The notes beneath the pieces were generated by a model. That model was given only the letters and a program-made list of their open reading frames with translations. It was not told the origin of the DNA and did not search any database. From positions 1,024,001-1,088,000 of the forward strand of contig CAVVUN010000015.1 in the NCBI GenBank assembly GCA_963751455.1: DNA of 64,000 nt, written 5' to 3'. How positions within the stretch are numbered: position 1 is the stretch's first letter; each line of letters opens with the position of its first letter. The translations under genes were made by a program, and so were the position numbers. This stretch comes from Nitrospirota bacterium (GTDB lineage Bacteria; Nitrospirota; UBA9217). Shown piece by piece: positions 23,545 to 32,763 of this stretch.

Positions 23545-23558
23545 TGAATTGCGGATTG

Positions 23559-23601
23559 CACCCTGCACTCGCGTTATGCACTCGTGAACACTGGGTGCAG
23601 G
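23559..23601. mobile_element. Short (about 44 bp) form of a MITE-like element, within a TTGCGGA heptamer array
   Basis: CACCCTGCACTCGCGTTATGCACTCGTGAACACTGGGTGCAGG; related copies at 29760-29836, 29970-30011, 32655-32757 and 51158-51258. Confidence 0.6.
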
Positions 23602-23735
23602 CGGAGTGCGGAATAAAACATTAAGTAAGGTTGCTTTTCTTCGCGTCCTTCGTTTATGCTCGCGTTTTGGCAACAGCAGGGTACGCCTTAGCGGTTCAAG
23701 GCTTTATATTCGGTTTATGAAAGTCAGGAGAACGT

Positions 23736-25163
23736 ATGAGTTCAACTATTAAAGATACTCAAAAAATGATCGAAGAGGTCCTGGAGGCTTACCCGGAGAA
23801 ATCGAAGAAGGACCGGGCGAAACATCTGGCCGCCAACGATCCCACGGGCCAGTGCAGCACCTGCCAGGTGAAGTCGAACGTCAAGTCGCGTCCGGGCGTC
23901 ATGACGGTCCGCGGCTGCGCGTACGCGGGCGCCAAGGGCGTGGTCTGGGGGCCGGTGAAGGACCAGATCACGGTCAGCCACGGTCCGGTGGGCTGCGGCC
24001 AGTACTCCTGGTGGTCGCGCAGGAACTACTACAACGGCCAGACCGGCATCGACGCCTTCGGCACCATGCACATCACCACCGACTTCCAGGAAAAGGACAT
24101 TGTGTACGGCGGCGACAAGGGCCTTGATGCTGCTCTGAAAGAATTGAAAGGACTCTTCCCCCTCGGCCGCGGCATAGGCATCCTGTCCGAATGTCCCGTA
24201 GGACTCATCGGCGACGACATCGAAGCGGTCTCGAAGCGGGTAGCGAAAGAGATGGGCATTCCCATCGTGCCGGTGCGGTGCGAAGGGTTTCGGGGCGTTT
24301 CCCAGTCCCTGGGTCACCACATTGCGAACGATACGATCAGAGATTACGTTCTCGGCAAGGGTGAACTCAAGAAGTCCACTCCGTATGACGTGAACCTGAT
24401 AGGCGATTACAATATAGGCGGGGATGCCTGGGCTTCACGCAAAATACTGGAAGAGATGGGCCTTCGCGTGATCTCTCAATATACCGGCGACTCCACGATC
24501 AACGAGATCGGCATCGCGACCAAAGCAAAAATGAACCTCGTCCATTGCTATCGGTCGATGAATTATATCTGCCGGCACATGGAGGAAACTCACGGGATTC
24601 CATGGATGGAGTTCAACTTCTTCGGCCCGACAAAGATATACGACAGCATCAGGAAGATTGCTGCGAAGTTCGACCAGAAGATCCAGGAAAATGCTGAGGC
24701 CGTGATCGCGAAGTACAAGCCGCTCATGGACAAGGTGGTCGAGCAGTACCGGACGAAGCTGGAAGGCAAGAAAGTGATGCTCTATGTCGGCGGCCTCCGC
24801 CCGCGCCACACTATCGGCGCATATGAGGACCTCGGCATGGAAGTCGTTGCATCGGGTTACGAGTTCGGCCACAGCGACGATTACAAACGCACCTATCCCG
24901 AAATGAAGGAAGGCGCGGTGATCATGGACGACGCGACCTTGTATGAGCTGGAAGAGTTCACACGCAGGCTGAAACCCGACATGGTCGGCTCGGGCATCAA
25001 GGAGAAGTATTCCTACCACAAGCTCGGCGTACCGTTCCGGCAGATGCATTCCTGGGATTATTCAGGCCCGTACCACGGATTCGACGGGTTTCCGGTTTTC
25101 GCGCGGGATATGGACATGACCGTGAACAGCCCGACGTGGAATTTGATAAGAAGAAAGAAATAA
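23736..25163 (+). CDS. nifD: Mo-nitrogenase MoFe protein alpha subunit
   Basis: P-cluster Cys (RGCAYAG, VGCGQYS, SECP), SQSLGHH, FeMoco ligands HCYRS and RQMHSWDY. Confidence 0.98.
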   Translation: MSSTIKDTQKMIEEVLEAYPEKSKKDRAKHLAANDPTGQCSTCQVKSNVKSRPGVMTVRGCAYAGAKGVVWGPVKDQITVSHGPVGCGQYSWWSRRNYYNGQTGIDAFGTMHITTDFQEKDIVYGGDKGLDAALKELKGLFPLGRGIGILSECPVGLIGDDIEAVSKRVAKEMGIPIVPVRCEGFRGVSQSLGHHIANDTIRDYVLGKGELKKSTPYDVNLIGDYNIGGDAWASRKILEEMGLRVISQYTGDSTINEIGIATKAKMNLVHCYRSMNYICRHMEETHGIPWMEFNFFGPTKIYDSIRKIAAKFDQKIQENAEAVIAKYKPLMDKVVEQYRTKLEGKKVMLYVGGLRPRHTIGAYEDLGMEVVASGYEFGHSDDYKRTYPEMKEGAVIMDDATLYELEEFTRRLKPDMVGSGIKEKYSYHKLGVPFRQMHSWDYSGPYHGFDGFPVFARDMDMTVNSPTWNLIRRKK

Positions 25164-25169
25164 TTTGGA

Positions 25170-25258
25170 CGCGGATAAACGCAGATTGACGCGGATAAAC
25201 CCAAAAGAACAAAAGACCTGACTTTAAATCTGCGTTCATCTGCGAAAATCTGCGTCCC
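25170..25258. repeat. Inverted short tandem-repeat hairpin (CGCAGAT/ATCTGCG units)
   Basis: ACGCGGATAAACGCAGATTGACGCGGAT...ATCTGCGTTCATCTGCGAAAATCTGCGTCC; similar array at 51013-51098. Confidence 0.65.
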
Positions 25259-25277
25259 ATAGTTTTTGGAGGATATC

Positions 25278-26783
25278 ATGAAAATCAGAGACCATAGCGA
25301 GCTGTTTAAGCAAAAAGACTACCAGGAGCAATTCGAGCGCAAGAAGGAGTTCGAAAACTGCTGGCCCGCGGAGAAGGTAAAAGAGATCTCCGAGTGGACC
25401 AAGACCGAGGAGTATAAGGAGCTGAACTTCAGCCGCCAGCACATAAAGATCAACCCGGCAAAGGCCTGCCAGCCCCTCGGCGCGGTGTTCTGCGCCTCGG
25501 GTTTCGAGGGTTCCATGCCCTTTGTGCAGGGCGCCCAGGGCTGCGTTGCCTACTTTCGAAGCCACCTGAGCCGGCACTTCAAAGAGCCTTTCGCCGCGAT
25601 ATCGACTTCGATGACCGAGGACGCCGCGGTGTTCGGCGGCCTGAACAACATGCTCGAAGGTCTGGAGAACGCCTATACGTTGTACAAGCCCAAGATGCTT
25701 GCGGTCTCGACGACCTGTATGGCGGAGGTAATCGGCGATGACCTGAACGCCTACATCAGGACCGCGCGCGAGAAGGGCGTGATCCCGCAGGACCTGCCGG
25801 TGCCGTTCGCGCACACGCCGAGCTTCGTGGGTTCCCACATCGTAGGCTATGACAACATGATGAAGGGCATCCTGGCAACGCTCTCCGCGGGCAAGAAGGG
25901 CGAGCCGAACAAGAAGATCAACATCATCCCGGGCTTCGATACCTATACCGGGAACTATCACGAGATCAAGCGGCTGATGGCGCTGATGGGCTTCGAGTTT
26001 ACGCTCCTTGCGGACGTGAGCGACACTTTTGATTCTCCGAACACGGGTGAGTACAAGCTCTACCCCGGCGGCACGCCGCTTAAGGGCGCCGCCGATGCAA
26101 TAAACGCAACAGCGACGATCGCACTCCAGAAGTATTCGATCATGAAGACCACGGATTACATCCAGAAGGAATGGGGCCAGAAGACGCTCGTGGTTTCTCC
26201 GATCGGCATCAGGAATACCGATACGTTCTTTGCTGAGCTGAGCAAGCTTATTGGCAAGCCGATCCCGGCGGAGATCGAGGCCGAGCGCGGCAGGGCAGTG
26301 GACGCCATGGTGGATTCGCACCCGTACGTTCACGGCAAGCGTTTCGCGCTTGTCGGCGACCCGGACGTGCTGCTTGGCATGATGAGCCTCATCATGGAGA
26401 TGGGCGGAGAGCCGGTGCATATCGTCTGCACCAACGGGGACAAGAACTTCGAGGCCGAGGCGAACGAGCTTCTGGCATCCAGCCCATTCGGGGCCAACGG
26501 CAAGGTCTACGCAGGAAAGGACATGTGGCACCTTCGGTCCCTCCTGTTCACCGATCCCGTGGATCTTTTGATCGGAAATTCCTATGCGAAGTTCCTCACG
26601 AGAGATACCGGGACACCGCTTATCAGAGTCGGTTTCCCGATCTTTGACCGGCACCATCTGCATAGGCATCCGATCATTGGGTACCAGGGTGTCATCAACC
26701 TGATCACGATGATGGTGAACACGGTGCTTGACGAATTGGACAGAAATACCGTGGATTCAGCGAGTTTTGATGTGATCAGGTAA
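25278..26783 (+). CDS. nifK: Mo-nitrogenase MoFe protein beta subunit
   Basis: INPAKACQPLG, QGCVAYFR, TTCMAEVIGDD, HTPSFVGSH, GFPIFDRH. Confidence 0.98.
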   Translation: MKIRDHSELFKQKDYQEQFERKKEFENCWPAEKVKEISEWTKTEEYKELNFSRQHIKINPAKACQPLGAVFCASGFEGSMPFVQGAQGCVAYFRSHLSRHFKEPFAAISTSMTEDAAVFGGLNNMLEGLENAYTLYKPKMLAVSTTCMAEVIGDDLNAYIRTAREKGVIPQDLPVPFAHTPSFVGSHIVGYDNMMKGILATLSAGKKGEPNKKINIIPGFDTYTGNYHEIKRLMALMGFEFTLLADVSDTFDSPNTGEYKLYPGGTPLKGAADAINATATIALQKYSIMKTTDYIQKEWGQKTLVVSPIGIRNTDTFFAELSKLIGKPIPAEIEAERGRAVDAMVDSHPYVHGKRFALVGDPDVLLGMMSLIMEMGGEPVHIVCTNGDKNFEAEANELLASSPFGANGKVYAGKDMWHLRSLLFTDPVDLLIGNSYAKFLTRDTGTPLIRVGFPIFDRHHLHRHPIIGYQGVINLITMMVNTVLDELDRNTVDSASFDVIR

Positions 26784-26788
26784 ATACG

Positions 26789-26870
26789 CCCCTCACCACA
26801 GCCCTCTCCCCAGAGGGTAGAGGGTGCTGAAAAATTCCTCTCCCCAAGGGGAGAGGATTAAGGTGAGGGG
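26789..26870. repeat. CCCCTCACC...GGTGAGGGG palindromic repeat
   Basis: Nested hairpins; close copy inside nifEN at 29336-29420, looser relatives near 20745, 22455, 35400 and 63610. Confidence 0.75.
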
Positions 26871-26893
26871 TGCAGTTGTCAAGTTGATTACTT

Positions 26894-27646
26894 ATGATAA
26901 GCGTTATGCATGATATCGCTGTTACAGGCATATATTTCTTTCTGATCGCGCTTCTGTATTCAACGGTCGGGCACGCGGGAGCTTCAGGCTATCTGGCGAC
27001 CATGGCGCTGCTTTCGTTTCCGCCGGCGGTCATGAAGCCGACAGCCCTTGCACTGAATATCATCGTGGCTTTGATCACGACTGTCCGTTTCTACACAGCA
27101 GGTCATTTTTCATGGCGGCTCTTCTGGCCCTTTGCCCTGGCGTCGGTGCCCCTGGCGTTTCTCGGCGGCGGACTGACGGTTCATACGGCGATATACAAAA
27201 TACTCGTGGGCTTTGCCCTCATTTTTGCAGCGGCTCATCTGATCCTTCGAACCAAAGTCGCTTCAGTTGGACCTGAAAAGATCGGCGACCCCGCAGTTCC
27301 CGTATCCATGCTGACGGGAGGCGTTATCGGTTTTGTTTCAGGTATCACCGGGGTCGGCGGCGGCATTTTCCTGAGTCCTGTTCTGATTATGTTGAATTGG
27401 GCGGGACTGAGAAGAGCTGCTGCTGTTGCCGCGGCATTTATTCTCCTCAATTCGATGTCGGGCCTGGCAGGCTATGTTCATAAAGGAGGAGCGTTCCCGG
27501 AGAACATTGCTCTATGGGCTGTTGCCGTAGTTTCCGGCGGATTCATCGGTTCCTCTTTAGGGGCAACAAGGCTCAACAGCCCGGTTTTAAGATTGCTGCT
27601 TGGCGTTGCCCTGATGATGGCAGGGATGAAACTGGTGATGATCTGA
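26894..27646 (+). CDS. TSUP (TauE/SafE) family sulfur-compound transporter
   Basis: VGHAGASGY, GITGVGGGIFLSP; about 8 TM helices. Confidence 0.85.
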   Translation: MISVMHDIAVTGIYFFLIALLYSTVGHAGASGYLATMALLSFPPAVMKPTALALNIIVALITTVRFYTAGHFSWRLFWPFALASVPLAFLGGGLTVHTAIYKILVGFALIFAAAHLILRTKVASVGPEKIGDPAVPVSMLTGGVIGFVSGITGVGGGIFLSPVLIMLNWAGLRRAAAVAAAFILLNSMSGLAGYVHKGGAFPENIALWAVAVVSGGFIGSSLGATRLNSPVLRLLLGVALMMAGMKLVMI

Positions 27647-27756
27647 AATGGAAGGCCAAGTTTTGATGTAATCGTGTGAGTGAACAAAAAGCAGCCCACT
27701 ATAAACTGCATTAAAAAGTAACAACATAGCGTGGCTTGTACGCCATAACAAACGAC

Positions 27757-27826
27757 TGTAGGGCAAGGCTTTAGCCTTGCTAAAAAAACACCTGAAAAGC
27801 GCGCAACCCTAAAGGGTTGCCCTACA
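27757..27826. repeat. GTAG-family REP doublet
   Basis: TGTAGGGCAAGGCTTTAGCCTTGC...GCAACCCTAAAGGGTTGCCCTACA. Confidence 0.8.
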
Positions 27827-27942
27827 AGAAAAGAATCGGCATCAATACTATTTTGAGCTGGTTTAAGTCACGAAGCCACTAAAAAAACTTTGGGCCTTGG
27901 TGTCCTTGTGGCAGGTATTGTTTTACAAATGTGGAGTTCAAG

Positions 27943-30897
27943 ATGGTTACCGCAATCGACAAATTGACGAAGGATGGTTGTTCCGCGGAAGACAAAGCGA
28001 AAGTGTGTCGCTCCCGGGGCGGAGAATCCTGCGCGTTTGACGGGGCGATGATCGTTCTTCAACCAATCGCCGACACCGCCCATATTGTGCACGGCCCGAT
28101 TGCCTGCTGCGGTAATTCATGGGAAGGCAGGGGAACAAAATCGCGGGTAAAGGCGTATGGACTTGGGCGAGCTCAGCCGAGCCGCAATACGCCCGTACAA
28201 AACGGTTATATGCCCCTGCATCAAATGGGCTTCACGACGGATATGGCCGAGATCGACATCATCTATGGCTCGGAGGAGAAGCTCCTGAAGGCCATCCACC
28301 GGACATATCAGGCCGTACAACCGAAGGCCATCTTCGTATATTCGACCTGTGTAAGCGGGCTTACGGGCGAAGACATCGATGCCGTGTGCAAACGCGCGGA
28401 AGATGAGCTCGACGTCCGGGTGATTCCCGTGAATGCACCGGGCTTTGTAGGGCCGAAGAACCTGGGGAACCGTATCGCCGGCGAGGTTCTGCTCGAACAT
28501 GTTATCGGCACGGCAGAGCCGCCGATCATGACCCATTATGATATTAATCTCATCGGCGAATACAACATTGCGGGCGATCTCTGGCTCGTAGAGCCGCTCC
28601 TTGCAAAAGCAGGCATCAGGATACTTTCCAGGCTCACCGGAGATTCGACCTTCGAGGAAATCACGTGGGCCCACCGCGCGAAGTTGAACGTGGTTGTCTG
28701 CGGCCGCGCCCTCATCAACGTTGCTCGGGAGATGGAGAGAAAATATCAAGTTCCTTATATCGAGGCTTCCTTCTTCGGCAATACGGAAATTGCAAAGGCT
28801 TTGCGGATGATCGCCGAGAAGCTCCGGAAGACAGAAGTCAGTGGACAGAAGTCAGACGAAAACAGCGGGATACAGGAACTTGTCACGAAACTGGTCAGGA
28901 CCGAGGAAAGGCAACTAAAACTCCAGCTTAAATCGTACAAGCATTTACGCGGCAAGAAGGCGATGCTTTATACCGGCGGGGTGAAGAGCTGGTCCTTCAT
29001 CTCTGCGTTACGAGATCTGGGAATCGACGTTGTGGCAATCGGCACGAAAAAGAGCACGGTCGAGGACGAAGAGAAAATGAAGATGATCCTCGGGCCTGAC
29101 GCGCCGCTGGTCGAGGACGTAACGCCGAAGAACCTGCTCAAACTGCTGAAGGAACGTCAAGCGGACATGCTCATTGCCGGGGGGCGTAACCAGTACCTCG
29201 CGGTCAAAGAGGGCTATCCTTTCGTGGATGTGAACCAGGAGCGGCACACAGCCTATGCGGGATATCAGGGCCTCGTCAACCTTGCCGAACAGATCAGCAA
29301 CAGCCTTCGCTTTTACAATGCGAAATGCGGAGTTGCCCCTCACCCCGGCCCTCTCCCCAGAGTGGAGAGGGGGAATGCAAAGACTCCTCACCCCGAGGGG
29401 GAGAGGACAAAGGTGAGGGGGAATCTGAAATCCGAAATTCTGATCAATCCCCTCAAACATTCTCCCTCCATCGGGGCGGCCATGGCCCTCCAGGGGATAG
29501 ACGGGGCCCTCCCGCTTATCCATGGCGCGCAGGGCTGCACCTTTCTCGGCAAGGTGCTCCTGACCAGGCATTTCAGGGAGCCGATCGCGCTCGCATCGAG
29601 CAAGCTCTTTGTCGAGGACGTGGTCATGGGAAGCGAGGAAAAGTTATTGAAAGCCGTTGAAGGGTTCGTCGAGAAGAGCAAACCCGGTATCCTTGGTATT
29701 CTCACCTCGGGGCTTTCAGAGGTAAAGGGAGATGATGTAAAGGCAGTAATCAGGAGACTTGCACCCAGCGGTTACGACTGCTTACGCGAGCCTGCACCCG
29801 GCGACTTCGAGTGCGGCAGCGCGAGAGTGGGGTGTGCAGGGTGTCGGGAGTCGGGAGTCGGAAAACCATTAAGAACGCAGATAATCCATGTTGCGACGCC
29901 TGACTATGACGGAGGGCTGGAGGCCGGCTATGCGAGGGCGGTGGAGGCGGTAATTCAAATTGTGGATTTCACCCTGCACTCGCGCTACGCACTCGTGGGC
30001 GCGGGTGTAAACGGATTGCGGATTGCGGAATCGAGTCAAAACCAGCCTGATGTAATAAGAATAAATCTGCTGGTGGGGCCGCATCTCACGCCTGCCGATG
30101 TTTCCGAATTACGGGAAATCGTCGAATCCTTCGGCATGCGACCGGTCATCCTCCCGGACCTGTCCGCTCTCGATGGAAGCAGGCAGAGTTTTTCTCCTCT
30201 CGCAGCAGGAGGAACGACCCTGGAGGATGTCAGGAGTATGGCCGGTTCGGACTACACCATAGTCTTTGGTGTGAGCATGGAACCTGCGGCGAAGCTCTTG
30301 AGTCGGAAATCCGGCATAGAGTACCAGGTATTCGAGAGCGCAGCCGGTATTGCAGCCACGGACGCATTTATGCAAACGCTTAGCAAAATCAGCGGCACGC
30401 CGATCCCCCGGAAGTATGAACGCCAGAAGCAGGTCCTGATAGACGCCATGCGGGACGCTCATTTTTATTTTGGAGGAACGAAGATATGCATTGCCGTGGA
30501 CCCGGATCTTGCGGTCCAGATCTCTCATGTGCTCGATGAAATGAGCGCCTCAGTTGATCTTGCCGTGATACCGGCCTTATCCGAGGCAGCGGACAGAATC
30601 AGGGCGCGGGACGTGCGTATCAGCGATCTCTTCTCTATCGAGGGCGCATTCGACCTCCTCGTCTCCAACTCGCACGGTGAAAGCACGGCAAAACGGCTCG
30701 GGGTTCCGCTTTATGAAATGGGGTTTCCGGTGTACAAGACGTTCGGTTATACATCAAAAGTGACGATCGGATACCGGGGAACTCTGATGATAATAAGCGA
30801 GATCGCAAGTTTACTGATGAAAAAGCAGACAACTGAGCGTGAGGAGGGACCGGATGAAAATCGCTTTTGCAACGACCGACGGAAAAAACGTAAATGA
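27943..30897 (+). CDS. nifEN: Fused NifE-NifN FeMo-cofactor scaffold carrying in-frame repeat insertions
   Basis: NifE motifs CAFDGA, HGPIAC, FTTD, YSTC, YTGGVKSWS, NQER; NifN motifs NPLKHS, HGAQGC, RHFREPI, in one ORF. Confidence 0.93.
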   Translation: MVTAIDKLTKDGCSAEDKAKVCRSRGGESCAFDGAMIVLQPIADTAHIVHGPIACCGNSWEGRGTKSRVKAYGLGRAQPSRNTPVQNGYMPLHQMGFTTDMAEIDIIYGSEEKLLKAIHRTYQAVQPKAIFVYSTCVSGLTGEDIDAVCKRAEDELDVRVIPVNAPGFVGPKNLGNRIAGEVLLEHVIGTAEPPIMTHYDINLIGEYNIAGDLWLVEPLLAKAGIRILSRLTGDSTFEEITWAHRAKLNVVVCGRALINVAREMERKYQVPYIEASFFGNTEIAKALRMIAEKLRKTEVSGQKSDENSGIQELVTKLVRTEERQLKLQLKSYKHLRGKKAMLYTGGVKSWSFISALRDLGIDVVAIGTKKSTVEDEEKMKMILGPDAPLVEDVTPKNLLKLLKERQADMLIAGGRNQYLAVKEGYPFVDVNQERHTAYAGYQGLVNLAEQISNSLRFYNAKCGVAPHPGPLPRVERGNAKTPHPEGERTKVRGNLKSEILINPLKHSPSIGAAMALQGIDGALPLIHGAQGCTFLGKVLLTRHFREPIALASSKLFVEDVVMGSEEKLLKAVEGFVEKSKPGILGILTSGLSEVKGDDVKAVIRRLAPSGYDCLREPAPGDFECGSARVGCAGCRESGVGKPLRTQIIHVATPDYDGGLEAGYARAVEAVIQIVDFTLHSRYALVGAGVNGLRIAESSQNQPDVIRINLLVGPHLTPADVSELREIVESFGMRPVILPDLSALDGSRQSFSPLAAGGTTLEDVRSMAGSDYTIVFGVSMEPAAKLLSRKSGIEYQVFESAAGIAATDAFMQTLSKISGTPIPRKYERQKQVLIDAMRDAHFYFGGTKICIAVDPDLAVQISHVLDEMSASVDLAVIPALSEAADRIRARDVRISDLFSIEGAFDLLVSNSHGESTAKRLGVPLYEMGFPVYKTFGYTSKVTIGYRGTLMIISEIASLLMKKQTTEREEGPDENRFCNDRRKKRK

Positions 30898-31249
30898 ACA
30901 CTTCGGGAGAGCAGGGATGTTCGCAGTATATGAAATCTCGAAAGGCAGATGCAATTTTCTCGAAATGAGGAAGTTCTCTGACGGCATGGACAGGACTGTT
31001 GTGGACACGAAAGACATGGGACCCCTGCATGACGATGCCGTTCAAAGCAAGGTAGATCGACTTGCCGATTGCAAACTGATCTATGTGACGGAGCTTGGTG
31101 GGCCATCCGCTGCCCGGCTGGTAAAAAAGGGGATTATGCCTATGAAGGTAAAAGAACCTGTCTCGATTGATGGCGCGCTCAAATTGTTAGGAGAGACGAT
31201 CACGAAGTCGCCCCCGCCATGGCTCAGGAAGGCTTTAACGAATCTGTAG
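30854..31249 (+). CDS. nifX: Nitrogen fixation protein NifX
   Basis: KIAFATTDG..VNEHFG, GGPSAARLV, PPPWLRKAL. Confidence 0.92.
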   Translation: MKIAFATTDGKNVNEHFGRAGMFAVYEISKGRCNFLEMRKFSDGMDRTVVDTKDMGPLHDDAVQSKVDRLADCKLIYVTELGGPSAARLVKKGIMPMKVKEPVSIDGALKLLGETITKSPPPWLRKALTNL

Positions 31250-31323
31250 CCGCACCCTTCAGGGTGCGTATGAAAGCGCAGGCTGAAGCGACTCGACTGA
31301 GCTCGCCGAAGTCCTGCGGCTAC
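31246..31323. repeat. GTAG REP doublet with a nested 24-bp insert; supplies the nifX stop codon
   Basis: GTAGCCGCACCCTTCAGGGTGCG...CGCAGGCTGAAG[CGACTCGACTGAGCTCGCCGAAGT]CCTGCGGCTAC. Confidence 0.7.
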
Positions 31324-31349
31324 CAATCAAAATCAGGAGGTAACAATAA

Positions 31350-31667
31350 ATGAAGATGATAAGAGCATTTATTCGACCGGAAAAAGAGCAGGAAGTGGTG
31401 CTTGCGCTCGAGGGAGCAGGGTTCCCATCGCTGACCAAGATGCCCGTATTCGGCCGCGGGAAACAGAAGGGACTCACCATAGGGCCGGTCCATTATGACG
31501 AGTTGCCGAAAACGCTGATCATGACCGTGGTGGACGATCAGGACGAAAGCAAGGTGCTCAAGATCATCCAGGACAAGGCACGCACAGGGTTCATCGGAGA
31601 CGGCAAGGTATTTGTAAGCCCGGTGGACCAGGCGTATACGGTCAGGACCGGCGAGGTGGGTCTATAA
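31350..31667 (+). CDS. nifI1: Nif-associated PII protein NifI1
   Basis: MKMIRAFIRPEK, VFGRGKQKG, YDELPK, GDGKVFVSPV, short T-loop. Confidence 0.88.
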   Translation: MKMIRAFIRPEKEQEVVLALEGAGFPSLTKMPVFGRGKQKGLTIGPVHYDELPKTLIMTVVDDQDESKVLKIIQDKARTGFIGDGKVFVSPVDQAYTVRTGEVGL

Positions 31668-31671
31668 TTTT

Positions 31672-31779
31672 GCCACAGAGATCACAGAGATCACAGAGAA
31701 AAAAAATGATATGAGTATTAGGTTGATCATTCTTCAGGTTTTCGGGGTCCTCTCGGTGACCTCAGTGTCCTCTGTGGCT
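31672..31779. repeat. Inverted 9-mer tandem repeat (CACAGAGAT units)
   Basis: GCCACAGAGATCACAGAGATCACAGAG...CTCGGTGACCTCAGTGTCCTCTGTGGC. Confidence 0.6.
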
Positions 31780-31802
31780 ATTAATCTGGAGGTTTCACAG
31801 CC

Positions 31803-32219
31803 ATGAAGGAAATTACAGCTATAATCCGCCGGGACAAGCTCCCGGAAACGAAAAAGGCGCTGGATGACCTTGGTTTTCCGTCGCTTACGATACAGAGCGT
31901 TGACGGACGGGGCAAGCAGAAGGGCGCGATGTGCGCCGAGATGGACTCGGAAATGCCGGACAGTTATTGCACCGCGGTCAAGCTGAAGCCGACGCCGTCC
32001 ACGTACGCACTTGACCACACGCTGCCGAAGGCCGCGCTCTATGTTCCGAAGCGGCTGCTCACGATCGTTGTCCCGGACGACGTGGTATCGACGATCGTCA
32101 AATCCCTCATCAAGGTGAATCAAACGGGCAGGGCGGGCGACGGCAAGATATTTGTTTCACCTATCCAGGGAGCGGTTCGTGTGCGCACCGGCGAGCGGAA
32201 TGGTGAGGCGATAGCGTAG
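31803..32219 (+). CDS. nifI2: Nif-associated PII protein NifI2
   Basis: MKEITAIIR, TKKAL, GRGK, long T-loop, PKRLLTIVV, NQTG..GDGKIFV. Confidence 0.88.
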   Translation: MKEITAIIRRDKLPETKKALDDLGFPSLTIQSVDGRGKQKGAMCAEMDSEMPDSYCTAVKLKPTPSTYALDHTLPKAALYVPKRLLTIVVPDDVVSTIVKSLIKVNQTGRAGDGKIFVSPIQGAVRVRTGERNGEAIA

Positions 32220-32360
32220 TTGAGTGGAAGAGCAAAATCGGTCACGGCAACGAGGCCCGTATCGTATGTCGTCTACGGTGACGTGTGAACCGAACTACGT
32301 AACCGAATGACGAAACGGGCATCGTAACCGTCGCCGAACGACGAAGGAGGTCATAAGGCC

Positions 32361-32639
32361 ATGTCCCCTATAACAGGCATTACCCGGGGCGGCGCGCCCT
32401 GGACTCCGAAGTTCATAGCGTCGATTGAAATCGACAAATGCATCGGTTGCGGCCGCTGCTATAAAGTCTGCGGCTATGGCGTGCTTGAACTGATCAGGAA
32501 GCCCTTCGAGGGCGAAGATGAGTTCGGCGACGATATGGGCAACAAGGTGATGTCCGTTGCGGCGCCGGAGAATTGCATCGGGTGCGAAGCCTGCGCGCGG
32601 GTCTGCACAAAGAAGTGCCACGTGCATGCGGCATTGTGA
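32361..32639 (+). CDS. fdxB: Nif-specific ferredoxin III, 2[4Fe-4S]
   Basis: TRGG..WTPKF, CIGCGRCYKVC, CIGCEACARVC. Confidence 0.9.
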   Translation: MSPITGITRGGAPWTPKFIASIEIDKCIGCGRCYKVCGYGVLELIRKPFEGEDEFGDDMGNKVMSVAAPENCIGCEACARVCTKKCHVHAAL

Positions 32640-32654
32640 ATGCGGAATGCGGAG

Positions 32655-32757
32655 CCTTGCACCCGGCGGTTATGAGGTCCTTGATTCCCGTCTCGCGCTT
32701 CTCAGCGAGATGGTACGACAATGGGTCTAAGCATTGCGGCAGCGCGAGTGCGGGGTG
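32655..32757. mobile_element. Long (about 100 bp) form of the MITE-like element, within a GAATGCG heptamer array
   Basis: Nearly identical to the reverse complement of 51158-51258 over its core (TTATGAGGTCCTTGATTCCC...GCGAGATGGTACGACAATG..TCTAAGCA). Confidence 0.7.
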
Positions 32758-32763
32758 TGCGGA

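Noticed and set aside
23790-24120. Locally higher GC3 in 5' nifD and in nifK as evidence of recombination
   Set aside because: Judged by eye only; could reflect expression-linked codon bias and was not quantified.
24435-26669. Long antisense ORFs over nifD/nifK (also over nifB, amtB, ntrC and the HD-GYP gene)
   Set aside because: Shadow ORFs caused by GC-rich codon bias opposite well-supported genes; no motifs.
23736-26783. Alternative (V/Fe) nitrogenase or nitrogenase-like reductase
   Set aside because: No vnfG/anfG; HCYRS and MHSWDY contexts and nifEN/nifX are typical of the Mo enzyme.
30854-30897. 44-nt nifEN/nifX overlap as a regulatory feature
   Set aside because: More simply explained by an indel or stop loss near the nifN end.
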